Positions 12,402-25,637 of a DNA stretch of 64,000 nucleotides are shown here, piece by piece. The notes under the pieces were generated by a model. The model did not search any database. It had not been told where the DNA came from and saw only the letters and a program-made list of their open reading frames with translations. The DNA is from Azolla caroliniana. Taxonomy: Eukaryota; Plantae; Polypodiophyta. The DNA is taken from positions 10,478,001 through 10,542,000 of the forward strand of contig JBHGNT010000016.1 of NCBI GenBank assembly GCA_043228905.1, in the 5' to 3' direction. Made by a program: the position numbers and the translations under genes. Numbering within the stretch: position 1 is the stretch's first letter; each line of letters opens with the position of its first letter.

Positions 12402-12778
12402 TGTTGAGAGATCAAGCTCAACTTAGTTTAGTTAGTTAGTCAACACATGTAACTTAGTAGTTACCTAGATAGAATCTAGTTAGTGTGTTGACCATAAAGC
12501 CTTAAATAGGATTTTGTACTTGAGTGGGATACATTGTAGATCCACCACTCCATGCTCATTTAATATAGGACTTACACGTTGTACCTATATTCTCCTAGCA
12601 CATGTGCACCCTTGCACATGAAACCTATCTATACCTCATTGAAGGTATTTTTGTATAGTTTACTCATCCCCCATCTTGTGTTATTTCATAAGTCTCTCTC
12701 TGTCTCTCTGTCTCTCTCTTCCTCTCACACACATACACACACATATCACATAATCTTCCGCTTATTAACTTAATCACA
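12402..12778 (+). repeat. Copia-type LTR fragment
   Basis: Starts TGTTGAGAGATCAAGCTCAACTT like the E4 LTR and has a CT/CA tract. No TSD or PBS found. Confidence 0.6.
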
Positions 12779-12809
12779 TAATTAGGTACTAATTAACTCC
12801 TAATTATTT

Positions 12810-14190
12810 ACCTAATTCTTAACATTACGTTTAGGAGCTAACCCATGTGGTAGTTCACTCGGAAAAACATCACGAAAATCATTTAAGATTTCATCGAGTT
12901 GTTGTTGTTCAAAATATGATAATTGAAACGAGACATTATCGATATTGTAAACGTGAATGTCCGGATCAACTACACAATAAAATAAAGTAGAACAAGACAT
13001 CTCGGATATTGATGGAGAGGAAACAATCGAAAGGCATTGTTTTTTAACACATTCAATAAAATGAGTACAATCGTTCAGTACAAAAGTAATTCAATGATGA
13101 ACCCAATCAATAGATAAAGAAGACTTTTTATTAAAAAACTAGGGATAACCCAATATTACATCAGTGGTACAAAGATTCATTAAATGGAAGTTTATTTCCT
13201 CTATATAAGTATCAATAGAAATTCCTAATGAATGAATCGTCCCGTTGATGTATTGTACTCTTCCATCAGCCAAGTGCACCCTATAGGTGTGATCACTTAT
13301 GGTGGGTTGGATTCCCAATATCTGAACCAAACGATCATTCACAAAATTGTGTGAGCTTCCCGAATCAAATAAAAATTGTACGGGAGATCCATTGATATAC
13401 CCGTTTGCACATAGTAAATCATTGGGTCCCAATATATAGTGAGGGAAAGAACATTGACAATTACTTAAATGATGTGTATAGAGCTCCAGGACATTAGGAA
13501 TCTAACCTTTATAGTCTGCAACTTTTGCTTTGTTGTTGTGCTCTTTCTGTTGGATCTTTCGACATTGTTCTTTTGTATGACTCTTCTTTTCGCAGAATAC
13601 GCAAAAAGGATGTTGTCGCTTACAATCGCGATCTATGAATTGGTTAGGTGTCGTGCGTTTCTCGGCGAATTGCGACTGCTTAGTCCCGGACGCTTCGTTA
13701 GGTTTGTTATGGTCCTTCGAAGTGCGTTGATAGAGAAGAACTATTTCAACGGCCTTTCCGAAGGATGTTGGATCCTTATCATGCACTATCCAGTGATAGT
13801 CTGAATTGGGGACGCACAAAACAAACTATTAACTAGTTGTCCCCTACTAGACCCGATTTTTGGATTTGGGTTCTAGTATGGTGAACATAATCTTCTAATG
13901 AGGAAACTTCTTGCTAGAGGGGTTCATTAAAGCTTGTGCTACCTCGATTCGAGAGGGAGGTTGCAAAAATTGGCCCTTGAAAACTGTGACAAAATTTGTC
14001 CAGGTATCAGGCAATTTCCCCAAAGTTTGCAGCCCATGCCGCCAAGTGGCGGCCTTACCCCCTAGTTCTCGGCTGACATATGCAATCTTCATACTATCTG
14101 GTGTGGGATACAGCTCAAAATAAGACTCCCATTGGCCTAGTCACGTGGAGATTGCTTCTTTAGTTCTGTCCTTTTTTTTCTCGTGTAAAT
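12810..14190 (-). pseudogene. Decayed chromovirus family A gag-protease
   Basis: LFDSGSSHNFV protease, DVILGYP, CVFCEKKSHTKEQC knuckle. Homologous to 30420-31040 and 40799-41983. Confidence 0.85.
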
Positions 14191-15399
14191 GGCTTTATGA
14201 CAAATGATGGTTCACCCTGACACTCATCGGGTCTATTAGTGTCGCGTTGTAAACTAATGACACATGCCTCGAGAGCACTTTGAGAATTCTGAAGTTTGGA
14301 CATATGATGAGTGGTTGAACTAAGGAAATTTTATATTTGTAAGAAATACGACTCAATGGAGATTGGTCCATGAGGATTTCCTTGAGTTCCTTCCGCTTGA
14401 GCAGATGACATCGGGTCGTTATTATGAGCCATTGAATGATAATTTCTGGCAAAGAAATAGATAAGGTCAAAGAAAGTCATGATATAAACATATCATGGGC
14501 CAACATTAATTGATATCATGATCTCACGTCAATACTCCTCTAGACGTATGAGATGAGGTTCAAGATCAGGTTACTATGGTAACACAAAGGTGTTTTAAAA
14601 ACCGGGGGGGTGACAAATGAATGTCTTTGCCTGATCTCTATATCAATTTTTTCATGGCGATCCCCCGAGGCTTAACTATGTATGTTCGCGTCATGAATAG
14701 TTTATACACGAAAAAAATGTTAACAATAAACTATGTTTTTGTGCCCACATATGTGGTTTTGGCTCGTTAAGTCCTATTATGCGGACCCCGAAGTGCACAT
14801 AGACCTAAAGTCTAAACACGTATTATAATCATATGTATGAACAATGTTGTATGGTCTTGGTCATATTTGAACTCGAGACCTCGAGAACAAATTTATTATA
14901 CACTTGAGCTAACCAAATAGGTTGCTCATGACTCTATTCTTGTGGTGGGTCAACTGTTGTAGCGAGCATGACGACACCAGGTACGACTCGACGTAGTCAA
15001 GAGATCATCAAATGAGGGTAGTTAGGCCTCATATTTAGAGCGAGACCCAAGGCCCCTAGGCAAGTTCACACTTGGCCTAATGGGGAGGATTAAAAGTAAT
15101 CCTCCCCTTCTTTACACTCTCGTTTAACCCTCACACTTATCCATGTGTATAGAATACTATGGTAAATTCTCACCACCGGATATTATGTGGTCATGCCCAT
15201 AACAAAGGTGTTGGACAATGGTTTGGCCTATGTGAGGGTAAAGAGCTAGGTTGGTTGGCACTCTGTTTAGTTCTTGACGGTTCGGCCTAACCACGAGAAG
15301 AACCGGGACTCTCTCGGCGGCGAAGGCAGAGAAATATTTTAGAGAGGGATATCAATGCGTGGGGCCGCGATAGTCCAGACAACCAAAAGAAACCCCACA

Positions 15400-16190
15400 T
15401 CTATACCATAGTTAGGAAATTTTGGCCCTCTGTTAATGGAGGTTGTACCATAACCGGCATCAGTGGCCGGGAAAGGAAGTGGGTCAAATGGCACTTGAAG
15501 GCATGCGGAGCTTTGGGCTCGGACATAGAGATTGGTGGCACTGTGGAGGCGGTCTCATTAGATGACACCCTCAGGGAGATTGAGAGGGTAGTCAAAGAGG
15601 ATATACGTGAAGACCGAATTATTACGGTTGGTTCGATCGATATGTATGAAGTCATCACGGACTTCGGGAGGATGGCCGGTTTGGATCGGACCGCCCGGGT
15701 GGACAGTAAGTACAAGATTGTGGACTGGAATGTGAGGCTAGTCGTGACACCCTTACCTGAGGACATCTGGGAGCGAATGAAGGTGGTTGCGACGGAACCA
15801 AGTTTACGAGATCCGGCTAGCATAGGACACTGGTTCACCAAGGAGACACCACGGAAGCTCAAGATTAGTGGGGGTGGCTTCCTACTGGCGTCGGAGGAGG
15901 AACAGTTTCGGAGAATGCTCAAAAGCCACGACTAGGCCTTTGTATTCTCACTGGAGGAGATCAGATGCGTCGACCCAAAAATCATAGAACCGATGGTGAT
16001 CTTCATGGCACCACATGTGCTGTGAAGTCTCAAACCGATTTTGGTACTGAGGGCTCTCATACCGAAGTTGATGGAGCTTCTCAAGACGAAAGTGAAGATG
16101 GGAATCCTCAAACCATCGAGTGCTCCTTATTCGAATTAGTAGTTTACGGTGCCAAAGAAACGCTTTATACAGGGCCTGGAACCAATCAAC
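15400..16190 (+). pseudogene. Gypsy pol remnant (pre-RT/RT start), Trp-PBS family
   Basis: GGGFLLASEEEQFRRML...EPMVIFMAPHV...LKPSSAPYSN, homologous to 62700-62990. Confidence 0.75.
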
Positions 16191-17200
16191 AATGGAAGCT
16201 AGTGTTGCTTCCCAAGTTGGCAGGCTTCACAAATTCGGGCTTTCAGGCCACTAAATTTTAGTAGTTCGAATACAACCTATTTCGACTGCAGGTCCTAAAG
16301 CCTTTGATAATTGATGTGGCTGAGCTGCTTATGCCATAGGTCGATATTCAACTCGACCTTCTGTCCTTTTGCGAATAGAGCGGTGCCAACATCGTTGGTG
16401 TTGAGGATAAACATCCTCCCATCCTGCCACCCTTGCCTCCTCTTCGATGAAGCACCCGAGATGCGTGAATCATACTTGCATCCCCTAGTCCGACATGAGG
16501 TTCTTCGTAATTGTCGGAACATGTAATACGTTCATCAACATTCCTTTTTGTCCGACATGACTTAAGTTGACTTCACTGACATGTTCAATCGGGTGAGGTG
16601 TGTCGTCTCCAGTTTTGAAAATCCCCGGTTACTCCAGTGTTTCCAGTTAGAAGAACCACTCTTCGTGCCTCGTCATATGGTTTGATGCTTAGGAGTCGAC
16701 ATACCACACTTCCTCTGATTTGGAAGTGGTCTTGTTCTTCAAGTTAGCCTTGTGCTTCATCACGAAGGCTGGCCCTTTTCCGGTCTTTTTGGTTTAGGAT
16801 CCTTCCGATCCTTCTGCATAGTCCAAGCTCTACCGATTTCCTTGTCCAGCCTTGTAGGATCCAAATTTATCCGAATTGACGCACTTCTTCCAACACTCAC
16901 TTTCTCGGTGGCCTTTCTTGCCACAATACCAACATTCCGTATTGGCTTTCAATTGTTGGTTTCCGGCGCCACCTTGACTCCCCCTGCTTGTGGAGGGTCC
17001 AGAACTATTGTCGGCACTATTCCTGTGCCTTTGATTCTAATCTTCTCGTCCGCTACTGTTGAGTGCCGATTCACCTCGTCCTCCACGCCCATGATGTCGA
17101 TCCACCTCCGTGTACAACATCCAATAGTCTGATTGAGTGGTCCTCGACCCACTTGTATGGTTTTCTTCGACCATCAACATCTATTGCAAGTCGAAGAAGG
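16190..17200 (-). pseudogene. Copia gag/protease/GAG-pre-integrase remnant (E1/E3 family)
   Basis: GRMFILNTNDVGTALFAKGQKVE...DLWHK and knuckle region homologous to E1 and E3. Confidence 0.85.
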
Positions 17201-17220
17201 ACAGTGGCTTCTAACGGATG

Positions 17221-17653
17221 TGTTGAGCGGAAAGCTCAACCGGAGCCGGATTGGCTGAATAAGCCTGGGCCGGTAAGCGAGATAAATCGGTATGCTGGTG
17301 AGCAACTGAGCCGGTAAGCAGTAAGGACCGGTGAGCTGGGAAGCCGGTATGCCAGATCCAATCCGTAACCGGAAGCCTAGTATAGGTTAGACTACTAGGC
17401 AGTTATAGTCTCGTAGTTAGTGTCAGACGATCGTGTGAGCATTGAAGTACACCGTACTTCTAACAATCCTGTGTGGACTTGTATAAATAGCGCTGATGAG
17501 CGCGTTGTAGATACAGAGTACAGAGCTCAGAGTATTCATATAATTTTGAAAAATAGTGTGTCCCGCTCTCTCTCTCTCTCTCTGTCACTCCCGCGTACTC
17601 TCTCTCCCCTTGTGTATTGTTCTTTCTAACGCTTCCGCAAGCAATCTTGCACA
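17221..17653 (+). repeat. E3 5' LTR
   Basis: TG...CA termini, TATAAATA at ~17482, followed by the iMet PBS. Confidence 0.95.
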
Positions 17654-17748
17654 TGGTATCAGAGCACGTGGGTTGAGAACCTCTGCTATAGACATCTACG
17701 CTTGTGAAGGAAACCCTAACAGATCGGAAAACAGACACAAAAGGAGGA

Positions 17749-20700
17749 ATGGACAGAGGTATGGCTACGTCGCTCCCGATGGAGAAGCTCGACAAAACCA
17801 ACTACGCATCTTGGTCATACAAGATGCACTAGTACCTGCTTGGGCATGGCTACTGGAGTTATGTCGACGGAGTGAACGACTCAGCACCGGAGACGACACA
17901 CAAGGACTTCCCAGTGTGGGAACAGGCGGCAAGCAGGGTGATGTACTACTTCGCGTCCAATGTTGGTGACCAGCTGCTCTGCCATATCCATGACACCAAG
18001 ACACCGAAGGATACTTGGGGAAACTTAAAAAAGGTCTTCGCCACAAGCACCACTGCCCGGAAGCTGCAACTCAGACAAGAGTTGAGCAATGTTCGACAGA
18101 AGAACATGTCGGTGGCAGATTACACAGCCTAGATCAAAGGGATCTGTGACTCACTTGCCTCTATTAACGTCACCGTAGAGGAAGACGAGATGGTGCAGGT
18201 CTGTCTTGGAGGCCTAGCGCCCAAGTTCGGAGCTTTCCGGACTACGGTTTGTACAAGGGAGAATACGCCCTCATTTTTCGACTTACAGTCGATGCTCCTT
18301 GTAGAGGAGAACCACGCCGGTGCATCTACCAATGCATCCCCAGATAGTCGTATGCTGTACACGGGAGCGGATCGGTCCCGCAGGCGTGGTGGACGAGGTA
18401 GGTCGGCATGCATTGGAGGCGGCCGGCATGAGCAGGAACGAAGGCACAGTGAGCGTGCAGATAGCAGTTCCGGGACTTCTACAAGTAGGGGGAGTCAAGG
18501 TGGTGCCGGAGGCCGGCAAGACAAATCTGCTACGAAATGCTGGTACTGTGGCAAAAAGGGCCACAGGGAAAGCGAGTGCTGGAGAAAGCGTGCCGATTCG
18601 GACAAATCTGGATCCGGCAAGACCGGTAAGGAAGGCCGACAAAGCTCGCACTACGCAAACGAATCAGGAGGATCCAAGAACGGTAAGGAGCCAGCCTTGG
18701 TGATGAAGCACAAGGCAAACTCAATGAAGAAGACCACTTCCAAATCGGAGGAAGTGTGGTACGTTGACTCCTGCGCATCGAACCACATGACGAGCCACGA
18801 GGAGTGGTTCTCCTTTTTGGAGAAGCTGGATCAACCGGGAGTTGTCGAAACCGGAGACGACACTCCCCACCCGATCGTGCACGTCGGAGAAGGCCCTTTG
18901 AGCCACGTCGGACAAAGGGGGAAGCTGATGAATGTATTACATGTTCCAACGATCACGAAGAACCTGGTGTCGGTCAGACAGATCGTCGACCAAGGGATGC
19001 AGATGTAGTTTACGCACCTCGGGTGCTTCATTGAGGATGAGGACGAAGTTATTGCGCAAGGGCGTAGAGATGGGAGGATGTTTATCCTCAACACCAATGA
19101 CGTCGACACCGCACTGTTCGCCAAAGGATAGAAGGTCGAGTCGGATATCGACCTGTGGCACAAGCGGATCGGCCACGTCAACTACCGGATGCTTCAAGAC
19201 CTGCTAACGGAACAAGTGGTTTTCGGTTTGCCGAAGTTTAGCAGCCGGAGAGCCCAGATTTATGAAGCCTGCCAACTCGGGAAGCAACACCGGCTTCCAT
19301 TCCCCACCGAAAGAAATCGAAGCCGTAACAAGCTCGATCTTATCCATTCGGATGTGTGGGGACCGGCACAAAATGTTAGCATTGGCGGGAGTCGATATTT
19401 CGTCTCCTTCATCGACGACTACACGCGACATACATGGATCTACCTCATTGAGCGGAAGAGTGAAGTCTTCGAGGGTTTCCGGAGCCTCCAGAAGATGGTG
19501 GAACGAGAATCCGAGAGGAAGATCAAATGCCTACGGTCGGATGGCGGAAAAGAGTACTTTTCCGGCCAATTCAACAGCTATCTGCAACAAAAAGGAATTC
19601 GGCGAGAATTCAGCTGCAGATACACACCGCAACAAAATGGTGTGGCCGAAAGGAAGAATCGGTTGCTGATTGACGCGGCTAGGGCAATGCTGGAGGAAAA
19701 GAGCATGCCCAAGTTCTACTGGGAGGAGGCGGTCCAAACGGCCGTTTACATCCAGAACCGGATCGGGGACAAGGTGTCAGCTCACGAGCTGTATTTCGGG
19801 CACAAGCCGAATTTGAGACACCTCCGGATATTTGACAGCATAGCCTATGTACATGTGCCAGATGAGAAGCGGAGAAAGTTGGATGAAAAATCGGAAAAAT
19901 GCATCCTAGTTGGCTATGCTCAAGAGCAAAAGGGGTATAAGTGTTATAACCCCCGGATGAAGCAGGTTCGAGTCAGCCGAGATGTTGAGTTTGATGAATC
20001 AACATCATGGTATTCCTTACCGACTCCAACTTCCGATCCCGACCCGATGTCGGAGGATGGGGCTAGTGAGCCTGAACCGGCCCAGGTAGAGAAAGATGAG
20101 GACGGGACTCAATATGAGAGTCCGGAATCATTCCGGTTAAGCAGACCAAATGAGAGACTGGATCAGTCCAACCAGTCGGATGATGAGACGGCGAGTAGTG
20201 GAGACTCTGTCGTGCTCTCCCCGCGCAAGGAACCAAGGAGACGGTTCACACGCAAAGAGAAGGGGAAGCAGAAGATGCCGGAATTCGAGACCGGCAATGA
20301 TGAGTTGGATCGTTGCGTATCTGACTTCGGCAAGGACATAGGCAGATCTTCGGGAACGAAGACCGAACCGGCCAAGAAGGGTCTCATACCAAGTAATGGT
20401 GAGTTACGCCGGTCCACCCGCCAGAAGGATCCTGTTAAACGGTACGGGTATAACGAGTACATGGTGCATCATTATGCGTACATGACCAAGGTGGCGGAAG
20501 TGCGTGAGCCGGAAAGCTACGCAGAAGTAGCAAAGGACGCAAATTGGCGTGCCACTATGGAGGAAGAAATGCGGGCACTAGATGCCAACGAAACTTGGGA
20601 CCTGGTTGACCCTCCCCGTCACTGTAAACCGATCGGATGCAAGTGGGTGTACAAGGTAAAGTACAATGCCGACGATACAGTTAACCGGTACAAGGCCCGG

Positions 20701-22494
20701 TTAGTGGTGAAGGGATTTGCGCAGACCCACGGAATCGACTACAACGAGACCTTTGCTCCCGTAGCGAAGATGACGACAGTTCGTGTGGTACTAGCGGTTG
20801 CTGCGGCAAGGGGGTGGCATCTTCATCTTCATCAAATGGATGTGAAGAATGCCTTCCTTCAAGGAGATCTTGAAGAAGAAGTCTTTATGACTCAGCCCCC
20901 CAGATTTCAGTCGGAGGTGAACAAGTCGGTGGTATGCCGGCTGAGGAAGTCGTTGTACTGCTTGAAGCAAGCCCCCCATGCTTGGAATGCTAAGATCACG
21001 CACCAGTTGCGAAAGATGAGGTTTGTTGCCTCTAAGTCAGACTCTTCCTTGTTCATCTGTCAAGACTCAAACGGTCCGGTATGTATCTTACTCTATGTTG
21101 ATGATTTAGTCATCACCGGCCCAGGTCTTCCGGAAATCAACCGAGTCAAGTCCCAGTTGTCGGACGCATTCAATATGAAGGACTTGGGGGACCTTCATTA
21201 TTTCTTGGGGATCGAGGTGATCCGCACCCCCGACGGCATATTGCTTTCTCAATGCCATTATGTGTTGAATATGCTGTACAAGTTTGGCATGACGGAATGC
21301 CGACCTGTCTCCACACCCCTGGACCGGAACCAGAAGATCCGTCCCAACTCCGGACCGGCTTGCAATGAGAAACGGTTCCGACAAATAGTTGGAAGCCTGA
21401 TCTACTTGACCATCACCCGACCCGACATTAGCTATCCGGTCGGAGTGGTAAGCCAATTCATGCAGAAGCCGACCATGGAACACCTTAAGTGTGCGCAATG
21501 AATACTGAGGTATCTAAGTGGCACTAAGGACTGGGGGTTCTTATACCGGCAAGGTATAACCAAAGTTCTTGTCAGCTACACAGATGCTGACTGGGCTGGC
21601 GATGCAACGAATCGTGGCTCAACGTCCGGCTTTATGTTTTCTCTTGGGAGCGCAGCTGTTCCGTGGAGCAGCAAAAAGCAACCAACAGTGGCTCTATCCA
21701 GCACTGAGGCTGAATACCGGGGCGCGACCGTTGCCACCTGCGAAGCCATTTGGCTTCGACGACTGCTGCAAGACCTGCGGATCGAGGTACCGACCCCGAT
21801 CCTGATCTACTGCGATAACCTCAGCAGCATGCAGCTCGCCAAGAACCTTGTGTTCCATGCTCGCACAAAGCACATAGAAGTGCATTATTACTTCGTGCGT
21901 GAGCGGGTCCTGAGCGGTGAAGTTGAACTATGGTATGTTCACACGGATCGGCAAGTTGCCGACATCTTCACCAAGCCGCTCGGGTCGGACAAGTTGCAGC
22001 ACTTTACCGAAATGCTTGGTGTTCAGCATCTTGACGTGTCGCACTTGAGGGGGAGACGCAAGGGCAAAGACACTACCGAAACGGGCAAAGGCAACAGAAT
22101 TGTTGAACCTGTAGGTAAGAGAATAACCGGTAGAGGTGGAGACAAGAAGAAAAATGAAGCCGAGTCGACGAAGGAAGTCGGCACATCCGAACAAATCGGA
22201 GTGAGCGGCTGTGCAGAAGAAGTGTACACTCAGGAAGAGAAGTGCATGCTATGCGGAGGTCATCATGATCGTAATGGCCATGATGCGGAGTCGAATGAAG
22301 AATTCGACTTCGGTGAACCGGCTGAAGAAGCCAAGGGAAGCATGGAGAAGGCCAAGTCCCGGACGTGGTCCGATGTGGTGAGAGGCCGGAAGCCGAAAAT
22401 CAAATCGGAGGATACCGATTCGGACAAGATCTGGAACGAGTCGGAGACAACCGATTTGGATCAACAGACGGATCCAAATGAGTCGGATCAATGA
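17749..22494 (+). pseudogene. E3 gag-pol (gag, CCHC, protease, integrase, RT, RNase H, C-terminal extension) with in-frame stops
   Basis: ORFs 18190-19008, 19189-21501 (770 aa integrase-RT with YVDDL) and 21634-22494. Confidence 0.93.
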
Positions 22495-22791
22495 GAGGCC
22501 AAGGAGACACGAACGCAGCAAAAGTCGATGCCATCGCGGAGGAACCGACGGATTGGCAAGTGTCGGAGTCATAGCAACGAAGGAGCTGAGATGGACCTAT
22601 TGAGCAGACATGCCGAAAGTCAAGGCCTGCAAAACCAAAGGGGTCACGGCAAACGGGACTGGACCGGACAAGGAGCGCGAGCAAGGCGAAGTGACGCCAG
22701 GGGAAGCGACGCCAGGAGAAGTCGGTTGGAAGAGCCGGCTGCCACAGAGGTTGACACTACGACCCTACCTCAGGTTGAGCTTCAGGGGGAG

Positions 22792-23224
22792 TGTTGAGCG
22801 GCAATCTCAACCAGAGCCAGATCGGCTGAATAAGTCTGAGCCGGTAAGCGAGATGAATCGGTATGTTGGTGAGCAACTGAGCCGGTAAGCAGTAAGGACC
22901 AGTGAGCTGGGGAGCCAGTATGCCGGATCCAATCCATAACCAGAAGCCTAGTATAGGTTAGACTACTAGGCAGTTATAGTCTCGTAGTTAGTGTCAGACG
23001 CTCGTGTGAGCATTGAAGTACACTGTACTTCTAACAGTCCCGTGTGGACTTGTATAAATAGCGCTGATGAGCATGTTGTAGATACAGAGTACAGAGCTCA
23101 GAGTATTCATATAATTTTGAAAAATAGTGTGTCCCGCTCTCTCTCTCTCTCTCTGTCTCTCCCGCGTACTCTCTCTCTCCTTGTGTATTGTTCTTTCTAA
23201 CACTTCCGCAAGCAATCTTTCACA
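22792..23224 (+). repeat. E3 3' LTR
   Basis: Direct repeat of 17221-17653, preceded by the PPT AGGGGGAG. Confidence 0.95.
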
Positions 23225-24885
23225 GGATGCAAATCGTCATTCGGATAAGTCTTTGTCTTCTACCTTCTCCTGAAGCTAGTGATATCTTCGTTGGATGTGT
23301 GTGGTCCTCAGTGGTAGGGCGCATTCTTTGCAAGGTGGATGGCACTTTGATTGTCGCAATAGAGCCGATAATCCTCTTGTCAGTTGTAGTTCTCTGATGA
23401 AGTCCTTAATCCAGATTACCTCTTTGCTAGCTTCCACGCCTACCATGTACTCCATTTCCATTGTCGACTGTGCTACAAATTTGGGTAGCCTCGACTACCA
23501 CGATACGGCTCCCCCTACATAAGTCATGACGTATCCGGACGTGGACCGACTAGTATCTACATGAGCCTACATGTCCGAATCCATGAAGCCTTCTAGTTGG
23601 GGTTTCCCTGAGCCAAATCAAAGGCACATACTCGAGGTGCCTTTTAGGTACTAGAGGATCCACTGGACAACGACCCAATGCTCTCTTCTCGGATTGCTCA
23701 TGAATCGACTGACCATTTTGACTACATATTTGATGACCGGAAAGAGGTTCGATTTTGCTTCCCGTCAAAAAATTGATCCACTTTTCATGTTGCACGTTTT
23801 CGACCTCTAGAATGAGGTTATCGTCGACAAGTTTTCACATGCCCTTCTGGCTCATGTGACACAACCTCTTGTGCCACAGCTCATCGACAGTGTCGGAAGC
23901 AATGTTCACTCCTCTCGGCATATCCGGGCATGCATTAGGTATAGTGTGTTGATCTTCCGGGCTCGGGCTGCGATCAAGCTTCCTCTGCAAAACTTCATTG
24001 TGTTGTTCCGAATGCTACCAGGGTAGCTTTCATCATCTAGCCGACCAGCTGATATTAGGTTCAGTAGAACCTCTAGAACGTGTCAGAAATCATTCAACAA
24101 CAGCTTGCACTCGGTTCACGTTGTCAGCCACACATCTCCTATGTCGACAATTCATCATGCTCCTTCATTACCCATCCTTACACAACTGTGATCTCTGGCT
24201 CTATAAGATGAGAAGCACTTTCGATCGGGGGTCAGATGGAATGACGCTCCAGAGTAGACCACCCATGTTGATACATCGCTGACAAGGTGCAACTCACTCT
24301 TCTCGGTGATTAGTAGCATTTCCTCTTCACTTGTAACAATTGCTTATGTTCTTCTTCTCTCCGAAATCTTCATCAGTTCCGAACCGTCGGCTCCCCCTTT
24401 GGTTTTCCATAAGTGTCGGCAATTCTTTCGGAAATGGCCCGGTTTCCCACAATAGAAACACGTAGGCTTCCCCATCGACTTTGACCTCGTCCCCAACTTG
24501 TCCCGGTTCTGGGGGCATTTATTTCAGCCTCTTCTCTTGTTTGTGTCATCTTCCGTGACTAAGGTTTTTGGGTCAGTTCCGGAATCTCGGTCCTTTTGGC
24601 AAGATTCTTCGTTTAGCAAACTTGACTTCACTCTCGCTATGGATAAGTTCTTTCCTTCTGGTCATGCGTTGTCCAATGTGACAACCAACATCTCCCAACT
24701 TCCGTGACTAAGGTTTTAGGGTCAGTTTCAGACTCTCGGTCCTTTTGGTGAGATTCTTCGTTTAGCAAACTTGACTTCACTCTCGCCATGGATAAGTTCT
24801 TTCCTTCTGGTCATGCATTGTCCAATGTGACGACCAGCATCTCCCAACTATCCAGAAGGGATTCAAGCAGTAGCAATACCAGTAC
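23225..24885 (-). pseudogene. Heavily deleted copia of a different (Tnt1/Tork-like) lineage, host of E3
   Basis: RNase H EYMVGVEASKEVIWIK...THIQRRYH, LWHKRLCHMSQKG, gag LLDSWEMLVVTL...VKSSLLNEES. A 149-bp tandem duplication lies at ~24551-24849. Confidence 0.7.
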
Positions 24886-25637
24886 GTCATCGGCTAGGGG
24901 TACTTCGAGCGGTATTTTCGCGTTCCCATGTGGCATGTTTGATAGATTTATCCATCCATTTAATTTTAAATTCTTGGATTATTTTAGTGTGTAGATTTTT
25001 TGTTTTAACATCGAGAATTCTTTCTAGTGCATGTGGTTTAGAAGATAATTCTTCAGAAGTTTCAGTTGTAATTGTATTGCCGCCAGAACCTAGACGTTCT
25101 TTTAGACGACTTACATGAAAAACTAGATTAATTTCAACGCTATCGGGAAGAACGAGGCGATGGGCGGATGAACCAATGCGTTTGAGGACTTGGAAAGGTC
25201 CACAAAACCGTGGGGCTAACTTAGCGCACTTACGCGTAGACAATGTCTTAGAATTGTGAGGTACACATAAAAATACCTTCTGTCCAGGTTTGAATACACG
25301 AGGTTGCCTAATATGATCAGCGTAATAACATGCTCTATCTTGATCAGTTTTTATATTATCTCATGCAAAATATGCAACATATCTTGCATATCCCGAAGAA
25401 AGTTTTGTGTATTTCACAACTCATCATGATGTATATTAACATCAATCGGGGCTCGTGGCTGAAAACCATACATCAACATAAAAGGACTATATCCCGTCGA
25501 CGAATGCTTGAACCTGTTATAAGCAAACTCCAAAATTGGGGGATAACGTTCCCATTTTGTTTGTTTTGCACCAACGTATGTTTGAAGCATGTCCTCAATA
25601 ATTTGATTTACTTATTCGTCTTGCCATCGGATTGAGG

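Larger units (their letters stand above)
17221..23224 (+). mobile_element. Full-length Ty1/copia element E3
   Basis: 433-bp LTRs 17221-17653 and 22792-23224. Perfect TSD GGATG (17216-17220, 23225-23229). PBS TGGTATCAGAGC at 17654-17665. PPT at 22784-22791. Confidence 0.96.
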
